A program made the translations under genes and the position numbers. Shown here piece after piece: positions 30,794 through 47,832 of a stretch of 64,000 bases of DNA. The DNA comes from Escherichia coli. GTDB lineage: Bacteria > Pseudomonadota > Gammaproteobacteria > Enterobacterales > Enterobacteriaceae. The stretch lies in NCBI RefSeq assembly GCF_044324785.1, contig NZ_CP172127.1. One strand, written 5' to 3'. The notes under the pieces were generated by a model. The model did no database searches. It was not told the DNA's origin and worked only from the letters and a program-made list of their open reading frames with translations. Each line of letters starts with the position of its first letter. The stretch's first letter is position 1.

Positions 30794-30821
30794 TTTTCAG
30801 GGGAGCTAATGCTCCCCTATC

Positions 30822-31787
30822 TTATTTTTCCGCACTACGCAGGGATATTTCACCGCCCATCCAGGGTTTTATTATTCCATCCTGCTCAAGCAATAAAGCG
30901 CCCTGTTTGTCTATTCCGCGCGAAATGCCAAATATTTCTTTATCACCAATGATAAGTTTCACTGGGCGATTAATAAAATTATCCAGCTTTTCCCAGCGCG
31001 AAAGATAAGGTGCCAATCCTTCTTGCTCGAAGAGTTCCAGCGCCGCGCGTAATTCACGTATGAGCATGGCCGCCAACGTATTACGATCGAGATTGATTCC
31101 CGCTTCCTGCAGCGTGATCCACCCTTGATTAACGACACTCTCTTCAACACGACGCATTGCCATGTTGATCCCGGCACCAATGACTATTTGCGCCGCATCG
31201 CCGGTTTTGCCAGTTAGCTCCACAAGAATGCCTGCCAGCTTGCGATCCTGCAGATAGAGGTCATTAGGCCATTTAACACGAACTTTATCAGCACCCAGCT
31301 TGCGTAATACTTCCGCCATCACGATACCGATAACCAGACTTAAACCAATCGCCGCCGCCGGGCCTTGTTCCAGACGCCAGAACATCGACAAATATAAGTT
31401 TGCGCCAAAAGGCGAAAACCATTTCCGCCCCCGGCGACCACGGCCAGCCTGCTGGTATTCTGCAATGCAAGCATCGCCCGATTTAAGCTCTCCGATACGA
31501 TCAAGAAGGTACTGATTCGTGGAGTCAATCACTGGCAGCACGGCTACACTACCGCCATCCAGCTGACTCAATATCTGTTCTGCATTAAGTAACTGAATGG
31601 GCTCAGGCAGGCTGTATCCTTTACCCGGAACGGTAAAGACATCAACGCCCCAGTCACGCAGTGTCTGAATGTGTTTATTAATGGCCGCCCGGCTCATTCC
31701 TAACGTTTCACCCAACTGCTCACCAGAGTGAAATTCGCCATTCGCTAACAGCGCGATTAATTTCAGCGGAACGGTATTATCCTTCAT
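30822..31787 (-). CDS. birA: bifunctional biotin-[acetyl-CoA-carboxylase] ligase / bio operon repressor
   Basis: 321 aa [60 protein letters not shown]... Confidence 0.97.
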   Translation of the reverse strand: MKDNTVPLKLIALLANGEFHSGEQLGETLGMSRAAINKHIQTLRDWGVDVFTVPGKGYSLPEPIQLLNAEQILSQLDGGSVAVLPVIDSTNQYLLDRIGELKSGDACIAEYQQAGRGRRGRKWFSPFGANLYLSMFWRLEQGPAAAIGLSLVIGIVMAEVLRKLGADKVRVKWPNDLYLQDRKLAGILVELTGKTGDAAQIVIGAGINMAMRRVEESVVNQGWITLQEAGINLDRNTLAAMLIRELRAALELFEQEGLAPYLSRWEKLDNFINRPVKLIIGDKEIFGISRGIDKQGALLLEQDGIIKPWMGGEISLRSAEK

Positions 31788-32812
31788 GAAATCGTCTCCA
31801 CTGCGCTAACTTCACCTGATGCACCAATAAAGCGAACTTCAGGCTCAAGCCAGACATTAAATTTTTCACCCACTTTTTGTCTTACATGGTGTGCCAGTTG
31901 CACCACATCTTCGCTTTTTGCATTGTCTTCATTAATGAGAACTAACGCCTGTTGACGGTGCACCGCTGCGCCCCCCATTTGCCCCCCTTTTAGCTGGCAC
32001 TGATCGATAAGCCAACCTGCTGCCAGTTTTACTGAACCATCCACCTGGGGGTAATTTGGTGCTGTTGGAAATTGAGCCAGTAATGCTTTAGCCGTTTCGG
32101 CAGATACAACAGGGTTTTTGAAGAAACTACCGGCATTGCCATTCACTTTTGGATCAGGGAGTTTGGTGGTACGCATATGACACACCGCATTAAATACTTG
32201 CTGTGGCGTTACTGTTGTAGGATCCAGTCGAGTTAAGTCACCATACGTTAGTACAGGTTGCCACTCTTTTGGCAGACGCAGACCTACGGCTACAATGGCG
32301 AAGCGGTCCTGGTATTCATGTTTAAAAATACTGTCGCGATAGCCAAAACGGCACTCTTTGGCAGTTAAGCGCACCTGCTTGCCTGTCGCCAGTTCAACAC
32401 AGTCAACATAAGCGCAAACTCGCTGTAATTCTACGCCATAAGCACCAATATTCTGGATAGGTGATGAGCCGACACAACCAGGAATTAATGCCAGATTTTC
32501 CAGACCAGGCATACCTTCCTGCAAAGTGTATTTTACCAGGCGATGCCAGTTTTCTCCGGCTCCTACATGTAAATACCACGCATCAGGTTCATCATGAATT
32601 TCGATACCTTTGATCCGGTTGATGATCACCGTGCCGCGATAGTCTTCCAGAAAAAGTACATTACTTCCTTCACCCAGAATAAGAACGGGTTGCCCTTCTG
32701 CGGTTGCATGCTGCCAGGCATTGAGTAATTGTTGTTCGTCTTCGGCACATACAATGTGCTGAGCATTATGATCAATGCCAAATGTGTTCCAGGGTTTTAA
32801 GGAGTGGTTCAT
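31784..32812 (-). CDS. murB: UDP-N-acetylenolpyruvoylglucosamine reductase
   Basis: 342 aa; FAD-binding MurB sequence; overlaps birA start. Confidence 0.96.
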   Translation of the reverse strand: MNHSLKPWNTFGIDHNAQHIVCAEDEQQLLNAWQHATAEGQPVLILGEGSNVLFLEDYRGTVIINRIKGIEIHDEPDAWYLHVGAGENWHRLVKYTLQEGMPGLENLALIPGCVGSSPIQNIGAYGVELQRVCAYVDCVELATGKQVRLTAKECRFGYRDSIFKHEYQDRFAIVAVGLRLPKEWQPVLTYGDLTRLDPTTVTPQQVFNAVCHMRTTKLPDPKVNGNAGSFFKNPVVSAETAKALLAQFPTAPNYPQVDGSVKLAAGWLIDQCQLKGGQMGGAAVHRQQALVLINEDNAKSEDVVQLAHHVRQKVGEKFNVWLEPEVRFIGASGEVSAVETIS

Positions 32813-32890
32813 AGCTGCTTTCCTGATGCAAAAACGAGGCTAGTTTACCGTATCTGTGGGGGGATGGCTTGTAGTTATGACGACAGGGAA

Positions 32891-33112
32891 AGTTTGTAGA
32901 AACGCAAAAAGGCCCAGTCTTCCGACCGGGCCTTCTGCTTAATTTGATGCCTGGCAGTTTATGGCGGGCGTCCTGCCCGCCACCCTCCGGGCCGTTGCTT
33001 CGCAACGTTCAAATCCGCTCCCGGCGGATTTGTCCTGGTTGGGAGAGCGTTCACCGACAAACAACAGATAAAACGAAAGGCCCAGTCTTTCGACTGAGCC
33101 TTTCGTTTTATT
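32891..33112 (-). terminator. rRNA operon terminator region (T1 and T2 hairpins)
   Basis: Two GC hairpins with T-runs on minus strand downstream of 5S (T1 about 33070..33110; T2 about 32900..32945). Confidence 0.8.
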
Positions 33113-33114
33113 TG

Positions 33115-33234
33115 ATGCCTGGCAGTTCCCTACTCTCGCATGGGGAGACCCCACACTACCATCGGCGCTACGGCGTTTCACTTCTGAGTTCGGCATGGGG
33201 TCAGGTGGGACCACCGCGCTACGGCCGCCAGGCA
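33115..33234 (-). rRNA. rrfB: 5S ribosomal RNA
   Basis: 120 nt; minus strand begins TGCCTGGCGGCCGTAGCGCGGTGGTCCCACCTGACCCCATGCCGAACTCAG. Confidence 0.97.
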
Positions 33235-33327
33235 AATTCTGTTTCATCAGACCGCTTCTGCGTTCTGATTTAATCTGTATCAGGCTGAAAATCTTCTCTC
33301 AATCCGCCAAAACAGCTTCGGCGTTGT

Positions 33328-36232
<2,905 letters not shown>

Positions 36233-36425
36233 TCACAACCCGAAGATGTTTCTTTCGATTCATCATCGTGTTGCAAAAATTTGAGAGACTCACGAACAAC
36301 TTTCGTTGTTCAGTGTTTCAATTTTCAGCTTGATCCAGATTTTTAAAGAGCAAATATCTCAAACATCACCCGAAGATGAGTTTTGAGATATCAAGGCAGG
36401 TGACTTTCACTCACAAACCAGCAAG

Positions 36426-36501
36426 TGGCGTCCCCTAGGGGATTCGAACCCCTGTTACCGCCGTGAAAGGGCGGTGTCCTGGGCCTCTAGACGAAGGGGA
36501 C
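36426..36501 (-). tRNA. gltT: tRNA-Glu (UUC) in 16S-23S spacer
   Basis: Minus strand reads GTCCCCTTCGTCTAGAGGCCCAGGACACCGCCCTTTCACGGCGGTAACAGGGGTTCGAATCCCCTAGGGGACGCCA. Confidence 0.96.
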
Positions 36502-36586
36502 GTATCAGTCTGCTTCGCAAGACGCCTTGCTTTTCACTTTCTATCAGACAATCTGTGTGAGCACTACAAAGAACGCTTCTTTAAGG

Positions 36587-38128
<1,542 letters not shown>

Positions 38129-38289
38129 AAAAGTTTGATGCTCAAAGAATTAAACTTCGTAATGAATTACGTGTTCACTCTTGAGACTTGGTATTCATTT
38201 TTCGTCTTGCGACGTTAAGAATCCGTATCTTCGAGTGCCCACACAGATTGTCTGATAAATTGTTAAAGAGCAGTGCCGCTTCGCTTTTT

Positions 38290-38490
38290 CTCAGCGGCGC
38301 GGGGTGTGCATAATACGCCTTCCCGCTACAGAGTCAAGCATTTTTTTGCTTTTCTCTGTTGAGATTCTCAGGAGAACCCCGCTGACCCGGCGGCGTGTTT
38401 GCCGTTGTTCCGTGTCAGTGGTGGCGCATTATAGGGAGTTATTCCGGCCTGACAAGAGGAAATTTAAAATAATTTTCCGACCGCGCAACA
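38290..38490 (-). promoter_or_regulatory. rRNA operon tandem promoters P1/P2 with UP element
   Basis: Minus strand TTGTCAGGCCGGAATAACTCCCTATAATGCGCCACC (P1) and TTGACTCTGTAGCGGGAAGGCGTATTATGCACACC (P2); AT-rich UP element upstream of P1. Confidence 0.85.
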
Positions 38491-38500
38491 TTCAACCAAA

Positions 38501-39358
38501 TCAGTCTAAAACTGCCAGTTTTTCGAGCGTTTCGAAGCCGTAACGCTGTAAAACGGGCAATAATTGTTCAGCTTCTGGCGTCATTGCCATACAAAAGGCA
38601 ATATTCGCATCGGCAGATTTTGCATCCGGGGCTTCATGTTCTAACAGCCAGGCCGTTCGGCGAGCAATCGCTGCGCCAGAATCCACCAGCCGGGTTCCCT
38701 CTGGCAGCACCTGTAACAGTTCTTCTTGTAGTAGAGGGAAATGGGTACACCCCAGTACAACGGTATCTGGCGGCTCTTTCATTCTTAACCACGGGCGTAG
38801 GATACGTTTTAGCGCATCCAGAGAAACATCTTCGCCATGCAGCTTCGCTTCAGCCAACTCAACCATCTCTGCCGAGCCCAGCATTTCTATCTGGCATTCA
38901 TTAGCGAAACGCGCGATCAGCTCATGAGTATAAGAACGTTTAACTGTTCCGCGGGTTGCCAGTAATCCGACAATGCCATTTGCCGTCAGACGTGCAGCAG
39001 GTTTAATCGCCGGCACGACACCAACAACCGGGAAGTCGAACTTTTCGCGTAATGCAGGAAGTGAAACGGTACTGGCAGTGTTGCAAGCAACCACAGCCAG
39101 CGCAAGGGGATAACGTTTTTGCACTGCGGTGACAATTGCCACCACTCGCTCAACAATAAACGCTTCGCTTTTTTCGCCATACGGGAAAGCGACGTTATCG
39201 AAAGCATAAATGTAATGGAGATCCGGTAAGAGATGCCGGATCTCGTCATAGACCGACAACCCACCGACGCCGGAGTCAAACACCAGCACGGTGGGACGTG
39301 GTTCAGAAGGTGTAGCTGCCAGACAAGGTGTATTCCCGTCCTGCAGTTTGGTAGCCAT
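38501..39358 (-). CDS. murI: glutamate racemase
   Basis: 285 aa from [37 protein letters not shown] (ORF extends 4 codons upstream); 3' end of btuB overlaps. Confidence 0.93.
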   Translation of the reverse strand: MATKLQDGNTPCLAATPSEPRPTVLVFDSGVGGLSVYDEIRHLLPDLHYIYAFDNVAFPYGEKSEAFIVERVVAIVTAVQKRYPLALAVVACNTASTVSLPALREKFDFPVVGVVPAIKPAARLTANGIVGLLATRGTVKRSYTHELIARFANECQIEMLGSAEMVELAEAKLHGEDVSLDALKRILRPWLRMKEPPDTVVLGCTHFPLLQEELLQVLPEGTRLVDSGAAIARRTAWLLEHEAPDAKSADANIAFCMAMTPEAEQLLPVLQRYGFETLEKLAVLD

Positions 39359-41147
39359 AGACTGTCTCATAATCTTTGTCGAACAGGTTGGCTATTTTAC
39401 CACGAACTGTCAGGTGAGAGGTGACCGGATACGCAACCGCAAGATCCCACAAGCTCACACCGCCCATTTTAACGGTTTGATAAGGATAAGATGAGTAATC
39501 CTTATCATAGCGAGTGCCTAAATACTGATAAGTAATACCCCAGTCGAAGTCATACAACTGCCAGTCGAGCTGGTATTTCACCTGCTGTTTAGCACGGCGT
39601 AACAACGGCGTGTCGGTAATTGCATTGCGCGCATCGACATAATCATAACTCACAGTATGCGTCAGTGGTCCGGTATCAAAATTGGCGGTCGCCTCGACGC
39701 CCTTAATCCGCGCTTTCCCTTCGTTGTAATATTTCAGGGTGTGATCATCATAATCGATCAAGTCACTGACATCGTTACGATATCCGGAAATACGCCAGTT
39801 CACCCCAGCGGTTAAACCTTCAAACGCGCCTTCCCACTGTTTGCTTTTCTCAGGGTCCAGATTCGGATTTCCGTAGAAACCATACAGTTGTCCAAGATTT
39901 GGTGCCTTATAAGATGTCCCGTAGGAAGCAATGAAGCGATAACCTTCGATTAATTCCCAACCGATGCTGGTTTGCCAGGTTCCATGACGACCAAACTGTG
40001 AGTTATCGTCGCTGCGTGCTGCGCCTTCAAAGGTAAAATCGCCGACTTGTTGCAGCCCGGTCAGATAGATGCCGGTATTACGTTGATCATATCCATCCTC
40101 AACATAACCTGTACCCGGCGTCGTAGTCTGTTTCTGCCAGTCGACACCCGCACCAATACTACCGTGACCAACGATGACATTGTTTGCCCACTGGACGGTG
40201 TACTGCTTCATCTCATCCAGCGTCGCGGACGAATCATAACGACCATAATGGGGATCGTAGTTGTAATCTTTGCTATGGCTATAGCTGGTAATGAGTTGTG
40301 ATTTAATCAGTTCGCCGTTATAGCGCAGCCCGGCGTCCCAACTTTGGCTATAGAGTTTACGGGTATCGAGCAACGGTGAGCCGGGAGAATAATACGCGTC
40401 ATAATTGGTACGGTTATCATAGCCATAGCCGCGCACAAAGCCGCTCCAGGCATCAGTAAAGTTATGCTCCAGCGCGCCATAAAGCGTTTTACTTAAAAAA
40501 CCATCGTTATCTGTCTGCGCTTGCGTTCCGGTATTACCATAGGCAACAACATCATAACCATGAGTATGGGCATAATCGCCCAACAACGTTACTCGTGTCT
40601 TATCCCCCAGTTGTTGCTGCGTAGAGACATCATAGTTCTGATAACTATTGCTTCCCCACCCTGCTGAAATTTCCGTTCCGGGTTCATCGCGCGTCGTGAT
40701 GATATTCACCACCCCGCCTATTGCATCGGAACCATAAACGGCGGAGCGCGGCCCACGGATATATTCAACACGCTGGACAAGCGCAATAGGGAACTGGCTA
40801 AGGTCGGCAGAACCACTCACCCCCGCCAGATTCAGGCGTACGCCATCAATTAACACCAACACATGACTGGCATTTGTACCGCGAATAAAAATAGATGATA
40901 GCTGACCTGAACCGCCGTTTTGGGTGATATCCACGCCCGGAAGACGGCGCAGCACATCATTGACCGAGGTCGACTGCCAGCGGTCGATATCCTGACGCGT
41001 CACAATGGTGGTTGGTGCAAGCACAGTGCTGCGCGGCTGTTCAAAACGGTTAGCAGTAACGACGAGAGTATCCGGGCTGGTATCCTGTGCCCAAGCAGAA
41101 AAGGCTGTGACAGAACACGCCGTCAGCAGCGAAGCTTTTTTAATCAT
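39303..41147 (-). CDS. btuB: TonB-dependent vitamin B12 outer-membrane transporter
   Basis: 614 aa from [20 protein letters not shown] signal peptide; TonB box DTLVVTA; C-terminal ...YTF. Confidence 0.96.
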   Translation of the reverse strand: MIKKASLLTACSVTAFSAWAQDTSPDTLVVTANRFEQPRSTVLAPTTIVTRQDIDRWQSTSVNDVLRRLPGVDITQNGGSGQLSSIFIRGTNASHVLVLIDGVRLNLAGVSGSADLSQFPIALVQRVEYIRGPRSAVYGSDAIGGVVNIITTRDEPGTEISAGWGSNSYQNYDVSTQQQLGDKTRVTLLGDYAHTHGYDVVAYGNTGTQAQTDNDGFLSKTLYGALEHNFTDAWSGFVRGYGYDNRTNYDAYYSPGSPLLDTRKLYSQSWDAGLRYNGELIKSQLITSYSHSKDYNYDPHYGRYDSSATLDEMKQYTVQWANNVIVGHGSIGAGVDWQKQTTTPGTGYVEDGYDQRNTGIYLTGLQQVGDFTFEGAARSDDNSQFGRHGTWQTSIGWELIEGYRFIASYGTSYKAPNLGQLYGFYGNPNLDPEKSKQWEGAFEGLTAGVNWRISGYRNDVSDLIDYDDHTLKYYNEGKARIKGVEATANFDTGPLTHTVSYDYVDARNAITDTPLLRRAKQQVKYQLDWQLYDFDWGITYQYLGTRYDKDYSSYPYQTVKMGGVSLWDLAVAYPVTSHLTVRGKIANLFDKDYETVYGYQTAGREYTLSGSYTF

Positions 41148-41390
41148 TGTAAAGCATCCACAATAGAAGAAGGATGCCGCAGGTTTCATCAATATTACGC
41201 GATGATGAGAACCAGATGCGACGTTGGCCGGCAGGTCTTCGGGCTTGGAGGGGTATCTAAGATACTAAGAGATGATGACTTCCCACCGGATGGCAGTGTC
41301 CGCATAACGCAATCATCGCACCTTTCCTTACCGCTGCGCGTCAGCTCCAGATTCGCACTGGATTCCCTATTAACTCACAGGACCGGCAAG
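41148..41390 (-). ncRNA. cobalamin (B12) riboswitch / btuB leader
   Basis: About 240 nt leader upstream of btuB start, matching the btuB B12-box leader by recall. Confidence 0.75.
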
Positions 41391-41515
41391 TGGATGCTAC
41401 AGGTTGTAACAAGTTACTGTCCAGACGTAGCTCACAAATAGGAATTCATCAAGATCTGGACATCTGATGAGCAATCCCTACAATCGCCGCGTACTTTAAT
41501 TTTTCAGGATACATC

Positions 41516-42616
41516 ATGACCCCCGAACACCTTCCAACAGAACAGTATGAAGCGCAGTTAGCCGAAAAAGTGGTACGTTTGCAAAGTATGATGGCACCGT
41601 TTTCTGACCTGGTTCCGGAAGTGTTTCGCTCGCCGGTCAGTCATTACCGGATGCGTGCGGAGTTCCGCATCTGGCACGATGGCGATGACCTGTACCACAT
41701 CATTTTCGATCAACAAACCAAAAGCCGCATCCGCGTGGATAGCTTCCCCGCCGCCAGTGAACTTATCAACCAGTTGATGAGCGCGATGATTGCGGGTGTG
41801 CGTAATAATCCCGTTCTGCGCCACAAGCTGTTCCAGATTGATTACCTCACCACGCTGAGCAATCAGGCGGTCGTTTCTCTGCTGTACCATAAAAAGCTGG
41901 ATGATGAGTGGCGTCAGCAGGCGGAAGCCCTGCGCGATGCACTGCGCGCGCAGAATCTGAATGTGCATCTGATTGGTCGGGCAACGAAAACCAAAATCGA
42001 GCTGGATCAAGATTACATCGACGAACGTCTGCCGGTCGCAGGGAAAGAGATGATCTACCGTCAGGTAGAAAACAGCTTTACCCAGCCGAACGCGGCGATG
42101 AATATTCAGATGCTGGAATGGGCGCTGGACGTAACCAAAGGCTCAAAAGGCGATTTACTGGAGCTGTACTGCGGCAACGGTAACTTCTCATTAGCCCTGG
42201 CGCGCAATTTTGATCGGGTATTAGCCACCGAAATCGCCAAGCCTTCGGTCGCTGCCGCGCAATACAACATTGCCGCTAACCATATTGATAACGTCCAAAT
42301 TATTCGTATGGCGGCAGAAGAATTTACTCAGGCGATGAATGGTGTACGCGAGTTTAATCGCCTGCAAGGGATCGACTTGAAGAGTTATCAGTGCGAAACC
42401 ATTTTTGTCGACCCACCGCGCAGCGGTCTGGACAGTGAAACCGAGAAAATGGTGCAGGCGTATCCGCGTATTCTGTATATCTCCTGCAATCCGGAAACGT
42501 TATGCAAGAATCTGGAAACATTAAGCCAGACGCACAAGGTTGAACGTCTGGCTCTGTTTGATCAGTTCCCCTACACGCACCATATGGAGTGCGGCGTATT
42601 ACTGACCGCGAAGTAA
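41516..42616 (+). CDS. trmA: tRNA (uracil54-C5)-methyltransferase
   Basis: 366 aa [29 protein letters not shown]...; SAM-MTase motifs. Confidence 0.95.
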   Translation: MTPEHLPTEQYEAQLAEKVVRLQSMMAPFSDLVPEVFRSPVSHYRMRAEFRIWHDGDDLYHIIFDQQTKSRIRVDSFPAASELINQLMSAMIAGVRNNPVLRHKLFQIDYLTTLSNQAVVSLLYHKKLDDEWRQQAEALRDALRAQNLNVHLIGRATKTKIELDQDYIDERLPVAGKEMIYRQVENSFTQPNAAMNIQMLEWALDVTKGSKGDLLELYCGNGNFSLALARNFDRVLATEIAKPSVAAAQYNIAANHIDNVQIIRMAAEEFTQAMNGVREFNRLQGIDLKSYQCETIFVDPPRSGLDSETEKMVQAYPRILYISCNPETLCKNLETLSQTHKVERLALFDQFPYTHHMECGVLLTAK

Positions 42617-42617
42617 A

Positions 42618-42655
42618 ATCTATGCCGGATGCGCCAGCATCCGGCATGATACCGA
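42618..42655. terminator. hairpin between convergent trmA and yijD (REP-like palindrome)
   Basis: GCCGGATGC-gccag-GCATCCGGC perfect inverted repeat. Confidence 0.55.
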
Positions 42656-43015
42656 TTACTCAGCAACTTCCTGCTTACGGTTACGCATCTTCGCGCCAAT
42701 CCAGAACACCATAATGACGGACAGTACTGCCGGGAAGAAGTTAGAGCCGATATCCGGATATTCCGCACGAACTACCGTGCTGTACAGCAGTACGCCGAGA
42801 ATAAAACAGGCAGCTGCCAGACCCGGCAAGCCTACCGGCATAGTGCGATTAAGATAACGTTGATGCAGGCAGTAAACCGTCAGCACCAGGGAAATAATCG
42901 GGAATACAGAAAATGGCACAATGGAGCTAAACAGCGCTGCGAAAGTACCATTAATCGATAAGCCAGCCACCAGCGCCAGCAGCAGCGTACCTCTATCTTG
43001 ATTTGCTTGTTTCAT
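42656..43015 (-). CDS. yijD: DUF1422 inner-membrane protein
   Basis: 119 aa hydrophobic ORF; conserved position next to fabR. Confidence 0.85.
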
Positions 43016-43662
43016 TACTCGTCCTTCACATTTCCCGGAATAATTGCGGATTTCTCTTGTTCACGGCGATACCAGTAATAAGCCCCTTTCGAAATCATTC
43101 GCAGTTGCAGTACCAGTCGCTCTTCTAATTGCCGACGTTGTTCGACGCCGACGTCCAACGCCTCGGCACCCGCACTGAAGACAATCGTCACCATGGCTTC
43201 GGCTTGCGCTTCAGTAAACGCACGCGGCATATGGTTTTCGAGTTCCAGATAGTCCGCAAGTTCCGCAATGAAGTGCTGAATTTCACGCGCAACGGCGGCA
43301 CGAAACGCAGCGGAGGTGCCGGAGCGTTCCCGCAATAATAACCGGAAGGCGTTAGGATTATTACCGATGAACTCCATAAATGTGGAGACCGAGGTACGGA
43401 TCACACTCCCGCCTTTGGCGATACGCTGACGCGCCTGGCGCATGAGTTGGCGTAGCATTAAACCGCTCTCATCAACCATGGTCAGACCCAGTTCGTCTAC
43501 GTCGCGGAAATGCCGATAAAAAGAGGTGGGAGCAATGCCCGCTTCACGCGCCACTTCACGCAAACTCAGGCTGGCGAAGCTGCGTTCAGCACTTAATTGG
43601 CTAAATGCGGCTTCCACCAGCGAACGGCGGGTTTTTTCTTTTTGTTGCGCTCTTACGCCCAT
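43015..43662 (-). CDS. fabR: TetR-family repressor of unsaturated fatty acid synthesis
   Basis: Start taken at [20 protein letters not shown] (ORF is open 32 codons further upstream, so start is ambiguous); TetR HTH. Confidence 0.85.
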
Positions 43663-43996
43663 CACGATGTCTGAATCCTTGCCAAAAGTACTGCTGGCAC
43701 TATACCAGAGAATGAACATACTGGATTGCTCCAGTGTTGTGAATGAACGGTAACGCAATAAAACATATTTACTGCAATTCTTTGGCCGGTTCTTTTACGT
43801 ACAACGGAAACCTGCCGCTTAAACGGAGAGTATCGTCGATAAAAATCCAATAAAACGTTCAGGTCAAAAGTAAGAAACAGACAAAGCAAAGGCCGCTCAC
43901 GCTATAGCCAGATAAATGACGGGGATCAATTGGCTTACCCGCGATAAAATGTTACCATTCTGTTGCTTTTATGTATAAGAACAGGTAAGCCCTACC

Positions 43997-45397
43997 ATGC
44001 CACATTCCTACGATTACGATGCCATAGTAATAGGTTCCGGCCCCGGCGGCGAAGGCGCTGCAATGGGCCTGGTTAAGCAAGGTGCGCGCGTCGCAGTTAT
44101 CGAGCGTTATCAAAATGTTGGCGGCGGTTGCACCCACTGGGGTACCATCCCGTCGAAAGCTCTCCGTCACGCCGTCAGCCGCATTATAGAATTTAATCAA
44201 AACCCACTTTACAGCGACCATTCGCGACTGCTCCGCTCTTCTTTTGCCGATATCCTTAACCATGCCGATAACGTGATTAATCAACAAACGCGCATGCGTC
44301 AGGGATTTTACGAACGTAATCACTGTGAAATATTGCAGGGAAACGCTCGCTTTGTTGACGAGCATACGCTGGCGCTGGATTGCCCGGACGGCAGCGTCGA
44401 AACACTAACCGCTGAAAAATTTGTTATTGCCTGTGGCTCTCGTCCATATCATCCAACAGATGTTGATTTCACCCATCCACGCATTTACGACAGCGACTCA
44501 ATTCTTAGCATGCACCACGAACCGCGCCATGTGCTGATTTACGGTGCTGGAGTGATCGGCTGTGAATATGCGTCGATCTTCCGCGGTATGGATGTAAAAG
44601 TGGATCTGATCAATACCCGCGATCGCCTGCTGGCATTTCTCGATCAAGAGATGTCAGATTCTCTCTCCTATCACTTCTGGAACAGTGGTGTAGTGATTCG
44701 TCACAACGAAGAGTACGAGAAGATCGAAGGCTGTGACGACGGTGTGATCATGCATCTGAAGTCGGGTAAAAAACTGAAAGCTGACTGCCTGCTCTATGCC
44801 AACGGTCGTACCGGTAATACCGATTCGCTGGCGTTACAGAACATTGGGCTGGAAACTGACAGTCGCGGACAGCTGAAGGTCAACAGCATGTATCAGACCG
44901 CACAGCCGCACGTTTACGCGGTGGGCGACGTGATTGGTTATCCGAGCCTGGCGTCGGCGGCCTATGACCAGGGGCGCATTGCCGCGCAGGCGCTGGTGAA
45001 AGGTGAAGCCACCGCTCATCTGATTGAAGATATCCCTACCGGCATTTACACCATCCCGGAAATCAGCTCTGTGGGCAAAACCGAACAGCAGCTGACCGCG
45101 ATGAAAGTGCCATATGAAGTGGGCCGCGCCCAGTTTAAACATCTGGCACGCGCACAAATCGTCGGCATGAACGTGGGCACGCTGAAAATTTTGTTCCATC
45201 GGGAAACGAAAGAGATTCTGGGTATTCACTGCTTTGGTGAGCGCGCTGCCGAAATTATTCATATCGGTCAGGCGATTATGGAACAGAAAGGTGGCGGCAA
45301 CACTATTGAGTACTTCGTCAACACCACCTTTAACTACCCGACGATGGCGGAAGCCTATCGGGTAGCTGCGTTAAACGGTTTAAACCGCCTTTTTTAA
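43997..45397 (+). CDS. sthA: soluble pyridine nucleotide transhydrogenase
   Basis: 466 aa [25 protein letters not shown]...; FAD/NAD Rossmann motifs. Confidence 0.96.
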
Positions 45398-46297
45398 CAC
45401 TTTATCGAAATGGCCATCCATTCTTGCGCGGATGGCCTCTGCCAGCTGCTCATAGCGGCTGCGCAGCGGTGAGCCAGGACGATAAACCAGCCCAATAGTG
45501 CGGCGTGGTTCCGGCTTAATGCACGGCAGATAAACAACCCCATCGCGTTTGCGCTCCGGCGGCACAGCCAGCGCTGGCAATAAAGTGATCCCGCTACCTG
45601 CCGCCACCATGTTGCGCAGCGTCTCCAGGCTGGTCGCGCGGAAGTGTGTATCTTCATCTGCCCCGGCTTCAAAGCAGAAACCCATTGCCTGATCGCGCAA
45701 ACAGTGACCGTCTTCCAGCATCAGCAGTTTTTCCCCTGCCAGATCGGCCATCGGTACGCATTCGCGGTTCGCCCACGGGTGATCTTCATAGATAGCCAGC
45801 AACATTGGCTCATCAAACAACGGCACTTCAATGAATGCTTCGCTCTCTTTCACCAGCGCGAGGATCACGCAATCGAGTTTGCCGCTGTCCAGTTGCGCCA
45901 GTAACTGGTGGGTCTGTGCTTCATGCAGATACATTTCCAGCTTTGGAAAGGTCTGGTGCAGCATCGGGATAATATGCGGTAGCAGGTACGGCCCGACCGT
46001 GGGAATCAAACCAATATGCAGCGGCCCGGACATGGTCTCACCCTGCTGGCTTGCCATCTCTTTAAGGACTTTCACCTCACGCAGCACGGTACGCGCCTGA
46101 TCCACCAGCAGCATTCCCGCCTGGGTGAACAACACTTTACGGCTGGTCCGCTCCAGCAACATCACGCCCAGCTCATCTTCCAGCTTACGAATTTGCCCGC
46201 TAAGCGTCGGCTGGCTAACGTGGCAGGAGTCTGCCGCACGCCGAAAATGGCGGTGTTCAGCCAATGCCACCAGGTACTCAAGATCACGAATATTCAT
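45380..46297 (-). CDS. oxyR: LysR-family hydrogen peroxide-inducible regulator
   Basis: 305 aa from [44 protein letters not shown] (internal Met of ORF ending 46342). Confidence 0.97.
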   Translation of the reverse strand: MNIRDLEYLVALAEHRHFRRAADSCHVSQPTLSGQIRKLEDELGVMLLERTSRKVLFTQAGMLLVDQARTVLREVKVLKEMASQQGETMSGPLHIGLIPTVGPYLLPHIIPMLHQTFPKLEMYLHEAQTHQLLAQLDSGKLDCVILALVKESEAFIEVPLFDEPMLLAIYEDHPWANRECVPMADLAGEKLLMLEDGHCLRDQAMGFCFEAGADEDTHFRATSLETLRNMVAAGSGITLLPALAVPPERKRDGVVYLPCIKPEPRRTIGLVYRPGSPLRSRYEQLAEAIRARMDGHFDKVLKKAV

Positions 46298-46392
46298 TAT
46301 CCATCCTCCATCGCCACGATAGTTCATGGCGATAGGTAGCATAGCAATGAACGATTATCCCTATCAAGCATTCTGACTGATAATTGCTCACA
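46298..46392. promoter_or_regulatory. oxyR-oxyS divergent promoter / OxyR binding region
   Basis: Intergenic region between divergent oxyR and oxyS starts. Confidence 0.7.
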
Positions 46393-46509
46393 GAAACGGA
46401 GCGGCACCTCTTTTAACCCTTGAAGTCACTGCCCGTTTCGAGAGTTTCTCAACTCGAATAACTAAAGCCAACGTGAACTTTTGCGGATCTCCAGGATCCG
46501 CTTTTTTTT
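46393..46509 (+). ncRNA. oxyS: OxyS small regulatory RNA
   Basis: GAAACGGAGCGGCACCTCTTTTAACCCTTGAAGTCACTGCCCGTTTCGAGAGTTTCTCAACTCGAATAACTAAAGCCAACGTGAACTTTTGCGGATCTCCAGGATCCGC followed by T8 terminator. Confidence 0.92.
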
Positions 46510-46548
46510 ATTCTACAGGCCCACAGCAAGAGAGCCTGATAGTAACAG

Positions 46549-47832
46549 TTACTCAATCCGATCTTTGACAATAAAGAAGTAACACAGCGCCCCGGTGAAC
46601 GTCACACAGGCCGCGATAACCAGCGCCAGATTAAACGAGTGCGTGGTATCCACTACCCAACCGGTTACGATCGGAGCAAAGGAAGCAAAAACAAAACTGC
46701 CAAAGTTTTGAATCCCGGCGATGGAAGCCACTTTTGTTTCTGACACCATCACCTGCACCAGTCCCCATGCAGATGTTCCCGCGAAATGCACGCAGAACAG
46801 CGCCATTGAGATAAACGCTACCGCCTGGGCTGGCGAGGAGGATTGCACGACCAGCAACGTGCCTAATGCCGACATCATCAAACCGCAGACAATAGCCGTT
46901 TTACGCGTCTTCGCCAGGTCGTAGCCTTTTTTCGCCAGCCGATCGACAACAATACCGTTAACCCACATCCCAACCGCCGCCGCGAGGAAAGGAATCGCCG
47001 CCACCCAACCGGTTTTCGCCAGACTGAAACCTTGTTCGGCCTGCAAATAACCGGGCAACCACGCGATGTAGAGCCAGCCTGTATAGTTGACGCCAGAGAA
47101 ACCTAAAATCATCCCCCAGGTTGTCCGATGCTTAAACAGCGCCAGCCACTCGCTAAATTGTAATTGTGGACGCGGTTTAACCGGCGCGGAGAGATAGGTC
47201 CGTTCTTCGTCGGTCAGGACAAACTGCGCCCGGTTGCGATACCACGCGTACCAACAGATCCCAACCAGAATCCCCGCCACGCCGATGATGACGAACATTG
47301 CCCGCCAGCCCCATGCCAGCTGCATCAATACAAGAGCAGGAGGCGCAATAGCCTGACCGATAACGGTAGATGAGTTAAAAATCCCCAGCGCCGTGCCGCG
47401 TTCTTTTTGCGCATACCAGTCGGTGATCGACTTTACTCCCGCAGGCATAAATGGCGCTTCGCCAATACTCAAACCAATACGCATTAAAATAAAGTGGCTA
47501 AAAGAATTAACCATTCCTGTTAATGCCTGCATTAATGACCAGAATATTAAGCCTGCGCCTAAAACTATTCGTGGGCCAAAGCGGTCTAGCAAAATACCGG
47601 AAGGGAGTTGTGAAAAACCATAAGACAGAGAAAAGGCAGAAAGCAAAACGCCAAATTCTGTCGCCGATAATCCTAACTCGCCACGAATCGCTTCGCCTGC
47701 CACGCTCAATGACGAACGGTCGAGGAAATTAACGATCCCCGCCATAAATAATAAAACCAGGGTCACTGTCTGAATACGACGAATCCGTTGCGGTTTATTA
47801 CCCGCAACACTGGTTGACACATCAACGTCCAT
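46549..47832 (-). CDS. MFS transporter, anion:cation symporter type (DgoT/ExuT/GudP-like acid-sugar permease)
   Basis: 427 aa, about 12 predicted TM helices; GLFLDRFG-like motif (LLDRFGPR); immediately downstream of the dehydratase gene. Confidence 0.85.
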   Translation of the reverse strand: MDVDVSTSVAGNKPQRIRRIQTVTLVLLFMAGIVNFLDRSSLSVAGEAIRGELGLSATEFGVLLSAFSLSYGFSQLPSGILLDRFGPRIVLGAGLIFWSLMQALTGMVNSFSHFILMRIGLSIGEAPFMPAGVKSITDWYAQKERGTALGIFNSSTVIGQAIAPPALVLMQLAWGWRAMFVIIGVAGILVGICWYAWYRNRAQFVLTDEERTYLSAPVKPRPQLQFSEWLALFKHRTTWGMILGFSGVNYTGWLYIAWLPGYLQAEQGFSLAKTGWVAAIPFLAAAVGMWVNGIVVDRLAKKGYDLAKTRKTAIVCGLMMSALGTLLVVQSSSPAQAVAFISMALFCVHFAGTSAWGLVQVMVSETKVASIAGIQNFGSFVFASFAPIVTGWVVDTTHSFNLALVIAACVTFTGALCYFFIVKDRIE

